A program made the position numbers and the translations under genes. A stretch of 32,000 nucleotides of DNA from Pyrolobus fumarii 1A. Lineage in GTDB: Archaea > Thermoproteota > Thermoprotei_A > Sulfolobales > Pyrodictiaceae. The stretch is from positions 1,380,001 to 1,412,000 of the forward strand of contig NC_015931.1 of the NCBI RefSeq assembly GCF_000223395.1. Direction: 5' to 3'. A model generated the notes under the pieces. The model was not told the DNA's origin, ran no database searches, and saw only the letters and a list, made by a program, of their open reading frames with translations. Below are positions 24,872 to 32,000 of this stretch, piece after piece (position 1 is the stretch's first letter; each line of letters begins with the position of its first letter).

Positions 24872-25324
24872 TTAAGCCATTGCAGCGGCTTCCGCGGGAG
24901 CAGCAAAGTGCCTCCTCCCAAGCGGGGCAAACTCTTGTGGCATGGGTACACGCTCGCTCCTTTCACCTAGTAGTGCTAGCACCGCATCGATTATCCTATC
25001 CTCGTTAAGGCTCTCAACGCCCACAGCTACAAGCTCACCATTAACCACTATGCGGGGGTAAGGCGCGTAACCTGGTGGAAGGTGGCCCCAATATTCAACG
25101 CGAGGCACTATGACCGCGTTAACGCCATACTCTTCGCGTAGCCTCTCCGCCGCGCGTCTCGCAACCTCCAGTGCATTCTCACTCTCGTCGTTAAGCGCCA
25201 TCACAACCTCTATAACAGCATCCTCGTTGGCCTCCAGCTGCATATCCATAGTGTCATACGATAGTAGACCTACGCCTAAGGTGGGAGTGGTGATTTCGCG
25301 CTCGACGTCTAATCCAACAGTCAT
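24872..25324 (-). CDS. hypothetical protein, possibly a thioredoxin-like fold without CxxC
   Basis: 150-aa ORF. YPRIVVNGELVAVG..IIDAVLALL resembles the C-terminal half of small thioredoxin-fold proteins, but no redox Cys is present. Confidence 0.45.
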   Translation of the reverse strand: MTVGLDVEREITTPTLGVGLLSYDTMDMQLEANEDAVIEVVMALNDESENALEVARRAAERLREEYGVNAVIVPRVEYWGHLPPGYAPYPRIVVNGELVAVGVESLNEDRIIDAVLALLGERSERVPMPQEFAPLGRRHFAAPAEAAAMA

Positions 25325-25516
25325 TGGAGAGAGGCACCCCCAACCGAAAGTAACCGCTACTCTGCTCTACACCCCTACACCCTGGTAATTCGCCCGGTAG
25401 TACGGAGGGGCTCTACTTACTACTGTTAACATGCGGCTCGGTGCGCCCGGAACCGGCTCCTCATCGCTATGTGCTCGGACCCCGCTGGGAGCCTCACAGC
25501 CGTTATGAAAAACAGT

Positions 25517-25750
25517 CTAGACAGCCGCCTTAGCCTCAGCTCTAGCTGTGTACATGGCCATTCTCCTAGCCTCAGCTATCCTGAGAGCCTCTATCACAAA
25601 CTCGTATGTCACCGGGTAGCCTAGAGTCTTCTCGTGCTTCACGAGTAGATAGTAAGCCTCAAGCTCATCGCTCACACCGTGCTTGAGTAGCAGCTCTACT
25701 GCTTTCTCGAGCGCCGTCTTACCCTTCTCACTTAGGTGCTCGAGGGGCAT
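25517..25750 (-). CDS. hypothetical helical protein (77 aa)
   Basis: I chose the ATG at 25750 ([10 protein letters not shown]..). The longer ORF would overlap the glyA promoter. No family recognised. Confidence 0.4.
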   Translation of the reverse strand: MPLEHLSEKGKTALEKAVELLLKHGVSDELEAYYLLVKHEKTLGYPVTYEFVIEALRIAEARRMAMYTARAEAKAAV

Positions 25751-25810
25751 ACACTCTACCCAAGTTATCCGCGTAATACCCACTCCTTTATCCAAAACGG
25801 AGGGTGCCGG

Positions 25811-25816
25811 TTTAAA
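25811..25816 (+). promoter_or_regulatory. TATA-like box upstream of glyA
   Basis: TTTAAA lies about 45 nt before the TTG at 25859. This argues against the ATG at 25736 as the glyA start. Confidence 0.45.
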
Positions 25817-25858
25817 GGATGGGAGACGCTGCACGCTGCACACGGGGCTGGCGAGCTA

Positions 25859-27184
25859 TTGGTCTCGTGGGATGAGATACTCGCACGCCTACCCTCAGAG
25901 GTGCGCGAGGTTATCGAAACCACAAGGGCACATAACCGTTGGAGACGTGAAACAATAAACCTGATTGCAAGTGAGAACGTGATGAGCCCCCTTGCAGAGG
26001 CAGCCTACCTCAACGATATGATGCACCGTTATGCTGAAGGTAAGCCCCGGAAGAGGTACTATCAAGGTCTACGCTACGTGGATGTCGTGGAAGAACTAGT
26101 GATGAAGTATATGGGCGAGCTTCTAGGCGGTGCGTTTATCGAGCCTCGGCCCGTGAGCGGCACAATCGCTAATGCTACAGTTTTCAGAGCACTCGCCTCA
26201 TGCCCCTCTAGCGAGGGGCGTCCTAAGGCTCTGATAGCCCCGGTTCAGGCCGGCGCCCATGTAAGCCATACAAAGTTTGGTACACTTGGCGCCCTCTGCA
26301 TAGAGCATATAGAGTTGCCCTACGACCCCGACAATCTCAACGTCGATGTTGACAAGGCTGTTAAGATGATAGAGGATGTTAAACCCGTCTTTGTCGTGCT
26401 CGGCGGCAGCCTCTACCTATTCCCGCACCCAGTCCGCGAGATAGCTGAGGCCGCACACTCTGTCGGTGCAAAACTCGTCTATGATGCTGCACACGTACTG
26501 GGACTCATAGTTGGCAAGAGGTGGAGGAACCCGCTGGATCACGGAGCCGATATAATGACCGCATCTACGCACAAGACGTTCCCAGGGCCGCAAGGAGGGA
26601 TCATAGCTACGCGTCAAGAGGATCTCTACAAGGCCGTGTCGCGCATAGTGTTCCCGTATTTCGTGAGCAACCATCACCTTCACAGACTTCCAGCCCTCGC
26701 AATAACAGCGCTTGAAATGAAGTACTACGGCGAGGCTTATGCCGACCAAGTTGTGAGGAACGCCAAGGCACTAGCAGAAGCGCTGGCAGCGGAAGGATTC
26801 AAGGTACTCGGTGAGCATCTCGGATACACGCGCAGCCATCAAGTAGCTGTTGACGTAAGGGAGTATGGAGGTGGTGCTAAGGCTGCACAACTCCTCGAAG
26901 AAGCAAACATAATCGTGAATAAGAACCTCCTGCCGTACGACCCGCCAGATGCGATCAAGAACCCAAGCGGCCTGCGCCTAGGGGTCCAGGAGATGACTAG
27001 ATGGGGCATGAAAGAGGATGATATGAGGGAAATTGCGCGATTCATGCGCAGAGTGGTTATCGACGGCGAAGATCCGGCAAAGGTTAGGAAAGAGGTTGTA
27101 GAGTTCCGCAGGAACTTCCAGAAGGTACACTATGCGTTCGACGTAGACCCTACCGAAAATGGTAAGCTATTACTACTCTATTGA
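25859..27184 (+). CDS. glyA: serine hydroxymethyltransferase
   Basis: [28 protein letters not shown] and the PLP-lysine motif [12 protein letters not shown]. Start is TTG at 25859, or alternatively GTG at 25901. Confidence 0.9.
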   Translation: MVSWDEILARLPSEVREVIETTRAHNRWRRETINLIASENVMSPLAEAAYLNDMMHRYAEGKPRKRYYQGLRYVDVVEELVMKYMGELLGGAFIEPRPVSGTIANATVFRALASCPSSEGRPKALIAPVQAGAHVSHTKFGTLGALCIEHIELPYDPDNLNVDVDKAVKMIEDVKPVFVVLGGSLYLFPHPVREIAEAAHSVGAKLVYDAAHVLGLIVGKRWRNPLDHGADIMTASTHKTFPGPQGGIIATRQEDLYKAVSRIVFPYFVSNHHLHRLPALAITALEMKYYGEAYADQVVRNAKALAEALAAEGFKVLGEHLGYTRSHQVAVDVREYGGGAKAAQLLEEANIIVNKNLLPYDPPDAIKNPSGLRLGVQEMTRWGMKEDDMREIARFMRRVVIDGEDPAKVRKEVVEFRRNFQKVHYAFDVDPTENGKLLLLY

Positions 27185-27251
27185 CGCCATCACCGCCGAC
27201 GAGTAAAACACGATAGCTACTGATATTTTGTTGCTCTGAGAGGAGCGTGTC

Positions 27252-27322
27252 GGGGGGCTAAGTGCCCTCCCTCATCCTATCCCCTTTGCAATGGGGTTGT
27301 CGGGAGGGCCGGCGCGCCCCCC
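27252..27322 (+). ncRNA. 71-nt three-tier GC hairpin, small RNA candidate
   Basis: 7 bp (27252-58 with 27316-22), 8 bp (27264-71 with 27302-09) and 4 bp (27281-84 with 27293-96). An ATATTTT box sits 23 nt upstream. The strand assignment is tentative. Confidence 0.4.
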
Positions 27323-27367
27323 AAGTGGTTTACAAAACTAGGTTCCAGTTATACTAGGGGATTTGCT

Positions 27368-28186
27368 TTGACACACAAACCGATTGCATGGATAATAAAC
27401 TTCGGTAACGAGCTCCTTATCGGCAGGATAGTCAATACTAACGGTTCGTGGCTTGCAAGAGAGTTGACTATCAGGGGTTTCGATGTAAGGCGTATCATCG
27501 TAGCCCCGGATGAGGAGGTTGACGCGGTTGAGGTTCTAAGGGAGGCTGGGAGCAAGGCGCATGTGGTTGTGTGCACTGGGGGGCTTGGCCCTACACCAGA
27601 TGACCGTACCGCCGAGTTTCTCGCGAAGGCGACGGGTAGAAAGCTTGTGATAAACGAGGAGGCTAGGAGGATGGTTGAGGAGAAGTACGCTAGACTAGGT
27701 TTGCCTCTTACAGAGAGTAGGTTGAAGATGGCTATGCTACCGGAAGGCGCTACTCCTATCCCTAACCCGGTGGGTACTGCACCAGGTATCCACCTTGTCC
27801 ATGAGGGTACGCATTATTTCTGCCTACCTGGCGTACCTCGAGAAATGGAAGCTATGTTCAAGGGGTATGTTGCGAAAGTCCTGGAGGGTATAGTTAAACC
27901 TCCATGTTTAGTTGAAGCTAGTGTCGTCGTAGAAGGGGTGCCGGAATCGTCTATGGCACCGCACATCAAACGCGTCATGAGAGAGTGCCCGGAGTGCTAT
28001 GTGAAGAGTCACCCACAAGGCGATGAGATATCAAATCCAATTCTGGACATACGTGTACTCGTGTATAGCGATTCGTGCGACAAAGCCGAGAATATAGCTA
28101 GACGCGCTGCTGAAGCTATCGTTGAGGCTGCTAGGGCTGAGGGGGGTCGTATCTCTGAGGTTAGCGTGCGTAGGCTACGAGATTAA
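27368..28186 (+). CDS. CinA-like molybdopterin-binding (MoCF_BD) domain protein
   Basis: CTGGLGPTPDDRTAEFLA and LPGVPREM. No C-terminal PncC deamidase domain. TTG start. Confidence 0.75.
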   Translation: MTHKPIAWIINFGNELLIGRIVNTNGSWLARELTIRGFDVRRIIVAPDEEVDAVEVLREAGSKAHVVVCTGGLGPTPDDRTAEFLAKATGRKLVINEEARRMVEEKYARLGLPLTESRLKMAMLPEGATPIPNPVGTAPGIHLVHEGTHYFCLPGVPREMEAMFKGYVAKVLEGIVKPPCLVEASVVVEGVPESSMAPHIKRVMRECPECYVKSHPQGDEISNPILDIRVLVYSDSCDKAENIARRAAEAIVEAARAEGGRISEVSVRRLRD

Positions 28187-28194
28187 CCCTCTAC

Positions 28195-28611
28195 ATGTTG
28201 CCTAACTTCCGGTGTGTGGGTGTGGGTGTAAACCGCGAGGAGATTAAACGTAAGGTGATAGAGGCGCTTAAAGAGGTGTATGATCCTGAGATACCGGTAG
28301 ACGTTTACAACCTAGGCCTTGTATACGATATCAATGTCGACGATGAGGGTAATGTGAAGGTTGTGCTTGGTGCCACGGCGCCAGGCTGCCCAGTAGCGTA
28401 TATGATCGTTGCTCAAGCTGAAGAGGCTATCCGGAGGAAGGTGCCAGAAGCCAAGAATGTACAAGTGGAGTTGGACTTGTACAGGCCTTGGGATCCTCGA
28501 CGTATAACCAAGGAGGGCAGGGAGAAGCTCAAGGCGTTATACGGCTATGACATAGTGGAGGAGATGATAAAGAGAATGGGATTAGATAGCGATAATCAGC
28601 AAGGAGCTTGA
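28195..28611 (+). CDS. DUF59/MIP18-family Fe-S assembly-related protein
   Basis: IEALKEVYDPEIPVDVYNLGLVYDI..GATAPGCP. Confidence 0.75.
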   Translation: MLPNFRCVGVGVNREEIKRKVIEALKEVYDPEIPVDVYNLGLVYDINVDDEGNVKVVLGATAPGCPVAYMIVAQAEEAIRRKVPEAKNVQVELDLYRPWDPRRITKEGREKLKALYGYDIVEEMIKRMGLDSDNQQGA

Positions 28612-28619
28612 ACAATATG

Positions 28620-28637
28620 ACTCTTTAAACTCTTTAA
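28620..28637. repeat. tandem 2 x 9-nt repeat in a convergent gene junction
   Basis: ACTCTTTAA-ACTCTTTAA read directly. The second copy contains the stop codon of the minus-strand 316-aa ORF. Confidence 0.8.
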
Positions 28638-29584
28638 GATGCTTCGACTACTTGGATCGAGATCCATCCGGGCTCCTCATACAACCCTTCTCGTGTAATG
28701 ACAACATCTAGGCTGCGAGGAGGCCATATCCTGGCGCCACCACATCTACGATAGGCCTCAAATACTGCTTCAATTGCACGTCCAGTACTCAGCTCGTTTA
28801 ACCACGCTAAGGCTACTATGCTCGTTAGCGGCCACGAGCCTACACCGGTCTTCACTGTGTATCCTTCATCGTGGGCTATTGGTATGCGTGCAGTTAATCC
28901 TAGCTCATCTTGTAATCGCTTAGCTGCCCTAAGCTGCGCATCGCTATACACTCTCAGTACTTTGTTAACATCGATTTCCTCTGGCAATGTTAGCTTGTAG
29001 ATGACTCTACAACCAGTACATCCTAGGTAGCAACGAGCCCGGCGTAAAGCAACACGCCCCCGCGAGCCAGGCGCTATGCTTGCATGCACGGGTCTCTCTT
29101 CAATCACGTCCTCTAAATGTGCACTAGTTAGACGCAGAGCTTTACGCCCGTATAGCTCCTCGAGTATCTTCCACCAATACGTCTCAATTAGACTACATGA
29201 CGCGAGGCTATACTCACGAGCAATACGAGAGATGTTCAGCCTGCCTTCCACTATCTGAGCATATATGTGGGCTGCCAGTATACTGTTCACAACCTCTAAG
29301 GGAGACGGTACTATTGTATAAGAGGCGAAGAGTGTATCACACTCTATATTCGATAGCACATCGATTACGTTATGCTCCTCGCATGTTGGTACACGGCCGC
29401 CCCGTAGCATTCTCCGTACACGTCTTGCAGATTGCACCGTACGCTTACCAATACACTCGACACCATACCTCATTAACACTAACTTACCGCCGCGATACGC
29501 ATAGTCTACACCACGCTTCAACACTACATTCGGCGGGTTGGCATAGAAACCAGGCACATACACCCTTACTAGTAGCTCTTGCAT
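28634..29584 (-). CDS. hypothetical protein (316 aa) with an HTH-like segment and a CX3CX2C triad
   Basis: ATG start. RLNISRIAREYSLASCSLIETYWWKILEEL at aa 115-144. CYLGCTGC at nt 29009-29032. No family recognised. Confidence 0.6.
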   Translation of the reverse strand: MQELLVRVYVPGFYANPPNVVLKRGVDYAYRGGKLVLMRYGVECIGKRTVQSARRVRRMLRGGRVPTCEEHNVIDVLSNIECDTLFASYTIVPSPLEVVNSILAAHIYAQIVEGRLNISRIAREYSLASCSLIETYWWKILEELYGRKALRLTSAHLEDVIEERPVHASIAPGSRGRVALRRARCYLGCTGCRVIYKLTLPEEIDVNKVLRVYSDAQLRAAKRLQDELGLTARIPIAHDEGYTVKTGVGSWPLTSIVALAWLNELSTGRAIEAVFEAYRRCGGARIWPPRSLDVVITREGLYEEPGWISIQVVEAS

Positions 29585-30177
29585 AGCTTGTCCAGCACCT
29601 CCTGCACAGCTACACTACCCTCAATAGTTTCACCGTTAACGCGCAAAGCAATGTTATCCACGCTTATCACGCCACAACCCATGAGCCTTAGTCCACCCAC
29701 GATTAGTTCGCCTGCCGACAGAACATCCAATATCCTCTTTACAACCCCAACTTTCCTACAAGGCTCTTCAATTATAATCAACCCTTCAAACACAACATCG
29801 GGTTTCACGACAGTAACGTAACAGCGTACAGGTAACCCAGCCACCCTATCCACAAATGATACGTAACGGAGCTCCACAAACTCTCCAAGTTCAACAACAC
29901 CACGCGCCTCTAGTAGACGTTTTAGTAGCTCACAGGGTGGGTATAGGTCGCTGAATACTACATTCCCATCCTCCACGCCAACCACACGCCGTATCTCTCT
30001 ACCCGGTATACGCGGCACGACAAACACGTTACCGTCACATTTCACTCTTGTCACGCTCGTTACACGTATAGGCGCAGCTATCTCTTCAGAGAAGCCCTCA
30101 AAATACAGACAAGACCTTGACTTAACCCGGTATACAATCTCTACCCGATCCGCCTGCAACCCATAACACCTCCGCAA
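29569..30177 (-). CDS. hypothetical Cys-rich beta-rich protein (202 aa)
   Basis: TTG start at 30177, or alternatively TTG at 30159. GGLRLMGCG at nt 29671-29697. Overlaps the downstream ORF by 16 nt. Confidence 0.55.
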   Translation of the reverse strand: MRRCYGLQADRVEIVYRVKSRSCLYFEGFSEEIAAPIRVTSVTRVKCDGNVFVVPRIPGREIRRVVGVEDGNVVFSDLYPPCELLKRLLEARGVVELGEFVELRYVSFVDRVAGLPVRCYVTVVKPDVVFEGLIIIEEPCRKVGVVKRILDVLSAGELIVGGLRLMGCGVISVDNIALRVNGETIEGSVAVQEVLDKLCKSY

Positions 30178-30568
30178 GCAACTTGAAGATTAGACCCCAG
30201 CGCACGACCCCACGGGGGTTACACGAGCCTGCTCTACAACTCCTTAGAAGAGATACTAGCCTCTCATCCACGAGGAGTTCGCCAACCTCCCTGGCAAGCC
30301 TCTCGTCAACAACACCACGTAGACTATACACCTGGGCCTCAACCGCAAGATCCGTCAACAGCACCTCTAGACTACTGATACGCTCGGCCGAAGGGGGTAT
30401 GCCCGAGCCAAACACATTTTCAATGGCACTTGAGGCACGATACAAGATCCAGGCCAAGGGATACACACGTTCAGCGCCAACACGTGATACAACACTTCGG
30501 ACATCCTCTATTATGCTACCCAACTCTTCTCTCTCAAGACGCGCTACAACATTCTTCAAGCTTAACAT
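30122..30568 (-). CDS. hypothetical helical protein (148 aa)
   Basis: ATG preceded by GGAGGTG. E/L/V/R-rich composition, whereas the antisense ORF is S/T/R-rich. No family recognised. Confidence 0.6.
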   Translation of the reverse strand: MLSLKNVVARLEREELGSIIEDVRSVVSRVGAERVYPLAWILYRASSAIENVFGSGIPPSAERISSLEVLLTDLAVEAQVYSLRGVVDERLAREVGELLVDERLVSLLRSCRAGSCNPRGVVRWGLIFKLLAEVLWVAGGSGRDCIPG

Positions 30569-30577
30569 TCACGCATC

Positions 30578-30584
30578 CACCTCC
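30578..30584 (-). promoter_or_regulatory. Shine-Dalgarno sequence for the 148-aa ORF
   Basis: The minus strand reads GGAGGUG, 9 nt upstream of the ATG at 30568. Confidence 0.6.
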
Positions 30585-30801
30585 TATCACCCGGGGATGG
30601 CGAGCAGGCTGGCAGACAACTGAGGGTAAACCCCGGTGAAGAGCAGGCCACCAGCCGACCCTAAAACAGAGCACAACACATGTGAATATAACAACAAATA
30701 CTCCCCACAGCAAGGGTGGGCAGGGGCGCGCGACCGGGAGAGGTTTGGTGTAAAAATGGAGCTGGGGGTGTTTGACTCCCGGGGCCCGACACGCTGCGGA
30801 C

Positions 30802-31032
30802 TTAGGCGGTGGCGTGCTGCTCGACTGCCTGCTTACCAGCGTCGGTGATCTGGTACCTGCCGTCCTCTAGCCTCTCAACATAGCCTAGCCTCACGAGCTT
30901 CCTCATCTTGGCGGCGACGCGGCGGCCGTCCTCGCCGATCCTCTCAGCGATCTCCTTGGGGCGTAGCGCGGTACCAGCCTCGGCGAGCGCCTTGAGTATC
31001 TTAATGTCTAGCTCGTCTAGGGTGCTAGCCAT
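30802..31032 (-). CDS. small winged-helix DNA-binding protein (76 aa)
   Basis: LDIKILKALAEAGTALRPKEIAERIG..KLVRLGYVERLEDGRYQITDAG. I chose the ATG at 31032. A T5 run lies 46 nt after the stop. Confidence 0.7.
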   Translation of the reverse strand: MASTLDELDIKILKALAEAGTALRPKEIAERIGEDGRRVAAKMRKLVRLGYVERLEDGRYQITDAGKQAVEQHATA

Positions 31033-31252
31033 CCTACACCCACCCATTCCGGTTCTATCATCGATTAGGGATGGGGCGTTTTGCTCTTTTGGTCGGCCCA
31101 GAGCGGAGAAACAGGTATCATTCCTTTAACCACACACGATTATGCTATGCTCCCGCTGCAGCTGGTATTAGTGACCCGTTATGCTTGACTCGTGGTACCG
31201 CCAAGGACGTGACGTGAAGGGTATTATCAAGTGCCCAGATAAAAGTATGGGT

Positions 31253-31531
31253 CTAGAGGCTAACCACGCCTCGAAAGGCTTGCCAGGCTGGCATTCTTGC
31301 AACCCGCTTAGCCTTTGCCAATAAGAGCTCGAGCTCATCGTCTTTGGCGTAGTCTAGTGGCTCGCCGCGTCGGTCGTTCTGCTCCCACCGGTTATAGAGT
31401 TCTTGGAGGATACGGGAGACTTCCTCGTCAGCATAGAAGAGCGCCGAATGCCAAGGGCTCATGTTGCTCAATATCATCTCAAGTTCTTTGCGAGCATCCT
31501 TTCTTACGAAAAACTTGTCAATAATACCCAA
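31253..31531 (-). CDS. hypothetical helical protein (92 aa)
   Basis: ATG ORF starting 4 nt after the serS stop. No family recognised. Confidence 0.45.
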   Translation of the reverse strand: MGIIDKFFVRKDARKELEMILSNMSPWHSALFYADEEVSRILQELYNRWEQNDRRGEPLDYAKDDELELLLAKAKRVARMPAWQAFRGVVSL

Positions 31532-31535
31532 TGGC

Positions 31536-32000
31536 TCACCCCTTCCCGCCTCTCTCCCTCTTCACGGGGTGTATTGCATCCTTCGGCGCCTTTGGGAATG
31601 GTTCGAGATACTTGCGAAGCACCTTAGGGATAACGATGGTACCATCTGGCTCCTGGAAGTTCTCTAGGATAGCCGTTATAGTCCTCGTAGATGCAATTGC
31701 TGTTGAGTTAAGCGTATGGACATACTCCTTCTCCATGTTCTTGCGCACGAGACGTATGTTCAAGCGATAAGCTTGCCAATCGGTACAGTTGCTAGCTGAT
31801 ACCATCTCGCGGTATCTACCCTGTGCAGGCATCCAGGCCTCAAGGTCGTACTTCTTTGCAGCTGGCGCGCCAAGCTCCTGTGCACATATTGCTACAACAC
31901 GGTAGGGGATGCCAAGTCCCTTGAACAGCTCCTCTGCGTTGCGTATAAGCTCCTCGAGTATTTGGCTTGACTCTTCAGGTTTGGCAAATACAAACTGTTC
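31536..32000 (-). CDS. serS: seryl-tRNA synthetase, C-terminal part (gene continues beyond the window)
   Basis: ..[67 protein letters not shown] are class II motifs. The frame stays open to nt 32000. Confidence 0.9.
   Translation of the reverse strand, partial: EQFVFAKPEESSQILEELIRNAEELFKGLGIPYRVVAICAQELGAPAAKKYDLEAWMPAQGRYREMVSASNCTDWQAYRLNIRLVRKNMEKEYVHTLNSTAIASTRTITAILENFQEPDGTIVIPKVLRKYLEPFPKAPKDAIHPVKRERGGKG

Noticed and set aside
25736-25858. ATG at 25736 as the glyA start (482-aa form)
   Set aside because: The extension overlaps the divergent 77-aa ORF and a TTTAAA box at 25811. The homologs I recall start about 20-30 aa before the IASEN motif, which fits TTG at 25859 or GTG at 25901.
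27252-27323. tRNA-Cys(GCA) gene. It has a 7-bp acceptor-like stem, U8-A9, and a UUGCAAU anticodon-like loop.
   Set aside because: No D arm or T arm can be drawn, and there is no GTTC(R)A T-loop. The alternative 8-bp stem is far more stable, and the discriminator would be A rather than the U expected for Cys. It is kept only as a tRNA-like curiosity.
29009-29032. Radical SAM call for the 316-aa protein, based on its CX3CX2C
   Set aside because: The motif lies mid-protein, lacks the aromatic residue before the last Cys, and has no accompanying GGE or ribose/GxIxGxxE motifs. It is more likely a generic Fe-S or Zn site.
29569-30177. Cas6/RAMP protein call for the 202-aa ORF, and a CRISPR-Cas interpretation of the operon
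   Set aside because: The only evidence is a GGxxxxGxG-like loop. There is no CRISPR array, cas1/cas2, cas3 or other signature gene in the window. This is mentioned only as weak speculation.
1-32000. Mobile elements, prophage, CRISPR arrays and rRNA/tRNA genes
   Set aside because: I saw no transposase, integrase, terminal inverted repeats, spaced repeat arrays or canonical T-loop/acceptor patterns on either strand by eye. A proper scan with tRNAscan-SE, Infernal and ISfinder is still needed.

Overview
The gene content indicates an archaeal chromosome, most likely from a hyperthermophilic crenarchaeote of the Desulfurococcales type. Supporting markers are a class I CCA-adding enzyme, a GPN-loop GTPase, an ESCRT-III/CdvB-like protein, geranylgeranyl reductase, a split transketolase, a DUF123 protein, R/E/V-rich proteins, and many GTG/TTG starts with overlapping genes. 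I did not name a species.

The window is densely coding, with about 38 plausible CDS:
- an aromatic amino-acid block (aroB, split tkt, chorismate mutase/prephenate dehydrogenase)
- a sugar nucleotidyltransferase
- cca
- an orphan ESCRT-III paralog
- a small radical-SAM gene next to two moeA paralogs and an ArsB/NhaD-type permease
- an RHH gene followed by two BioB/LipA-like radical-SAM genes
- ZPR1, hsp20, and a GGR-CBS-zinc finger-PfkB operon
- glyA, a cinA-like gene, a DUF59 gene and the 3' end of serS

I found no rRNA, canonical tRNA, CRISPR array, IS element or integrase.

The parts worth a second look are:
1. A regulator plus three overlapping ORFs of unknown family at 28634-31047, with a long structured leader.
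2. An RHH plus paired radical-SAM operon that may be a LipS1/LipS2-type lipoyl synthase.
3. Several unusually long, GC-rich, ORF-poor intergenic segments (6471-6547, 10890-11103, 11848-12063, 25325-25516, 27185-27367). These contain a C/D-box-like sRNA candidate, a recurring nested hairpin with a UCAUCC internal loop, and shared short motifs.

All RNA calls are hand folds and pattern matches and need covariance-model and transcript checks. Many start codons are uncertain because the ORF track reports the longest ORF.
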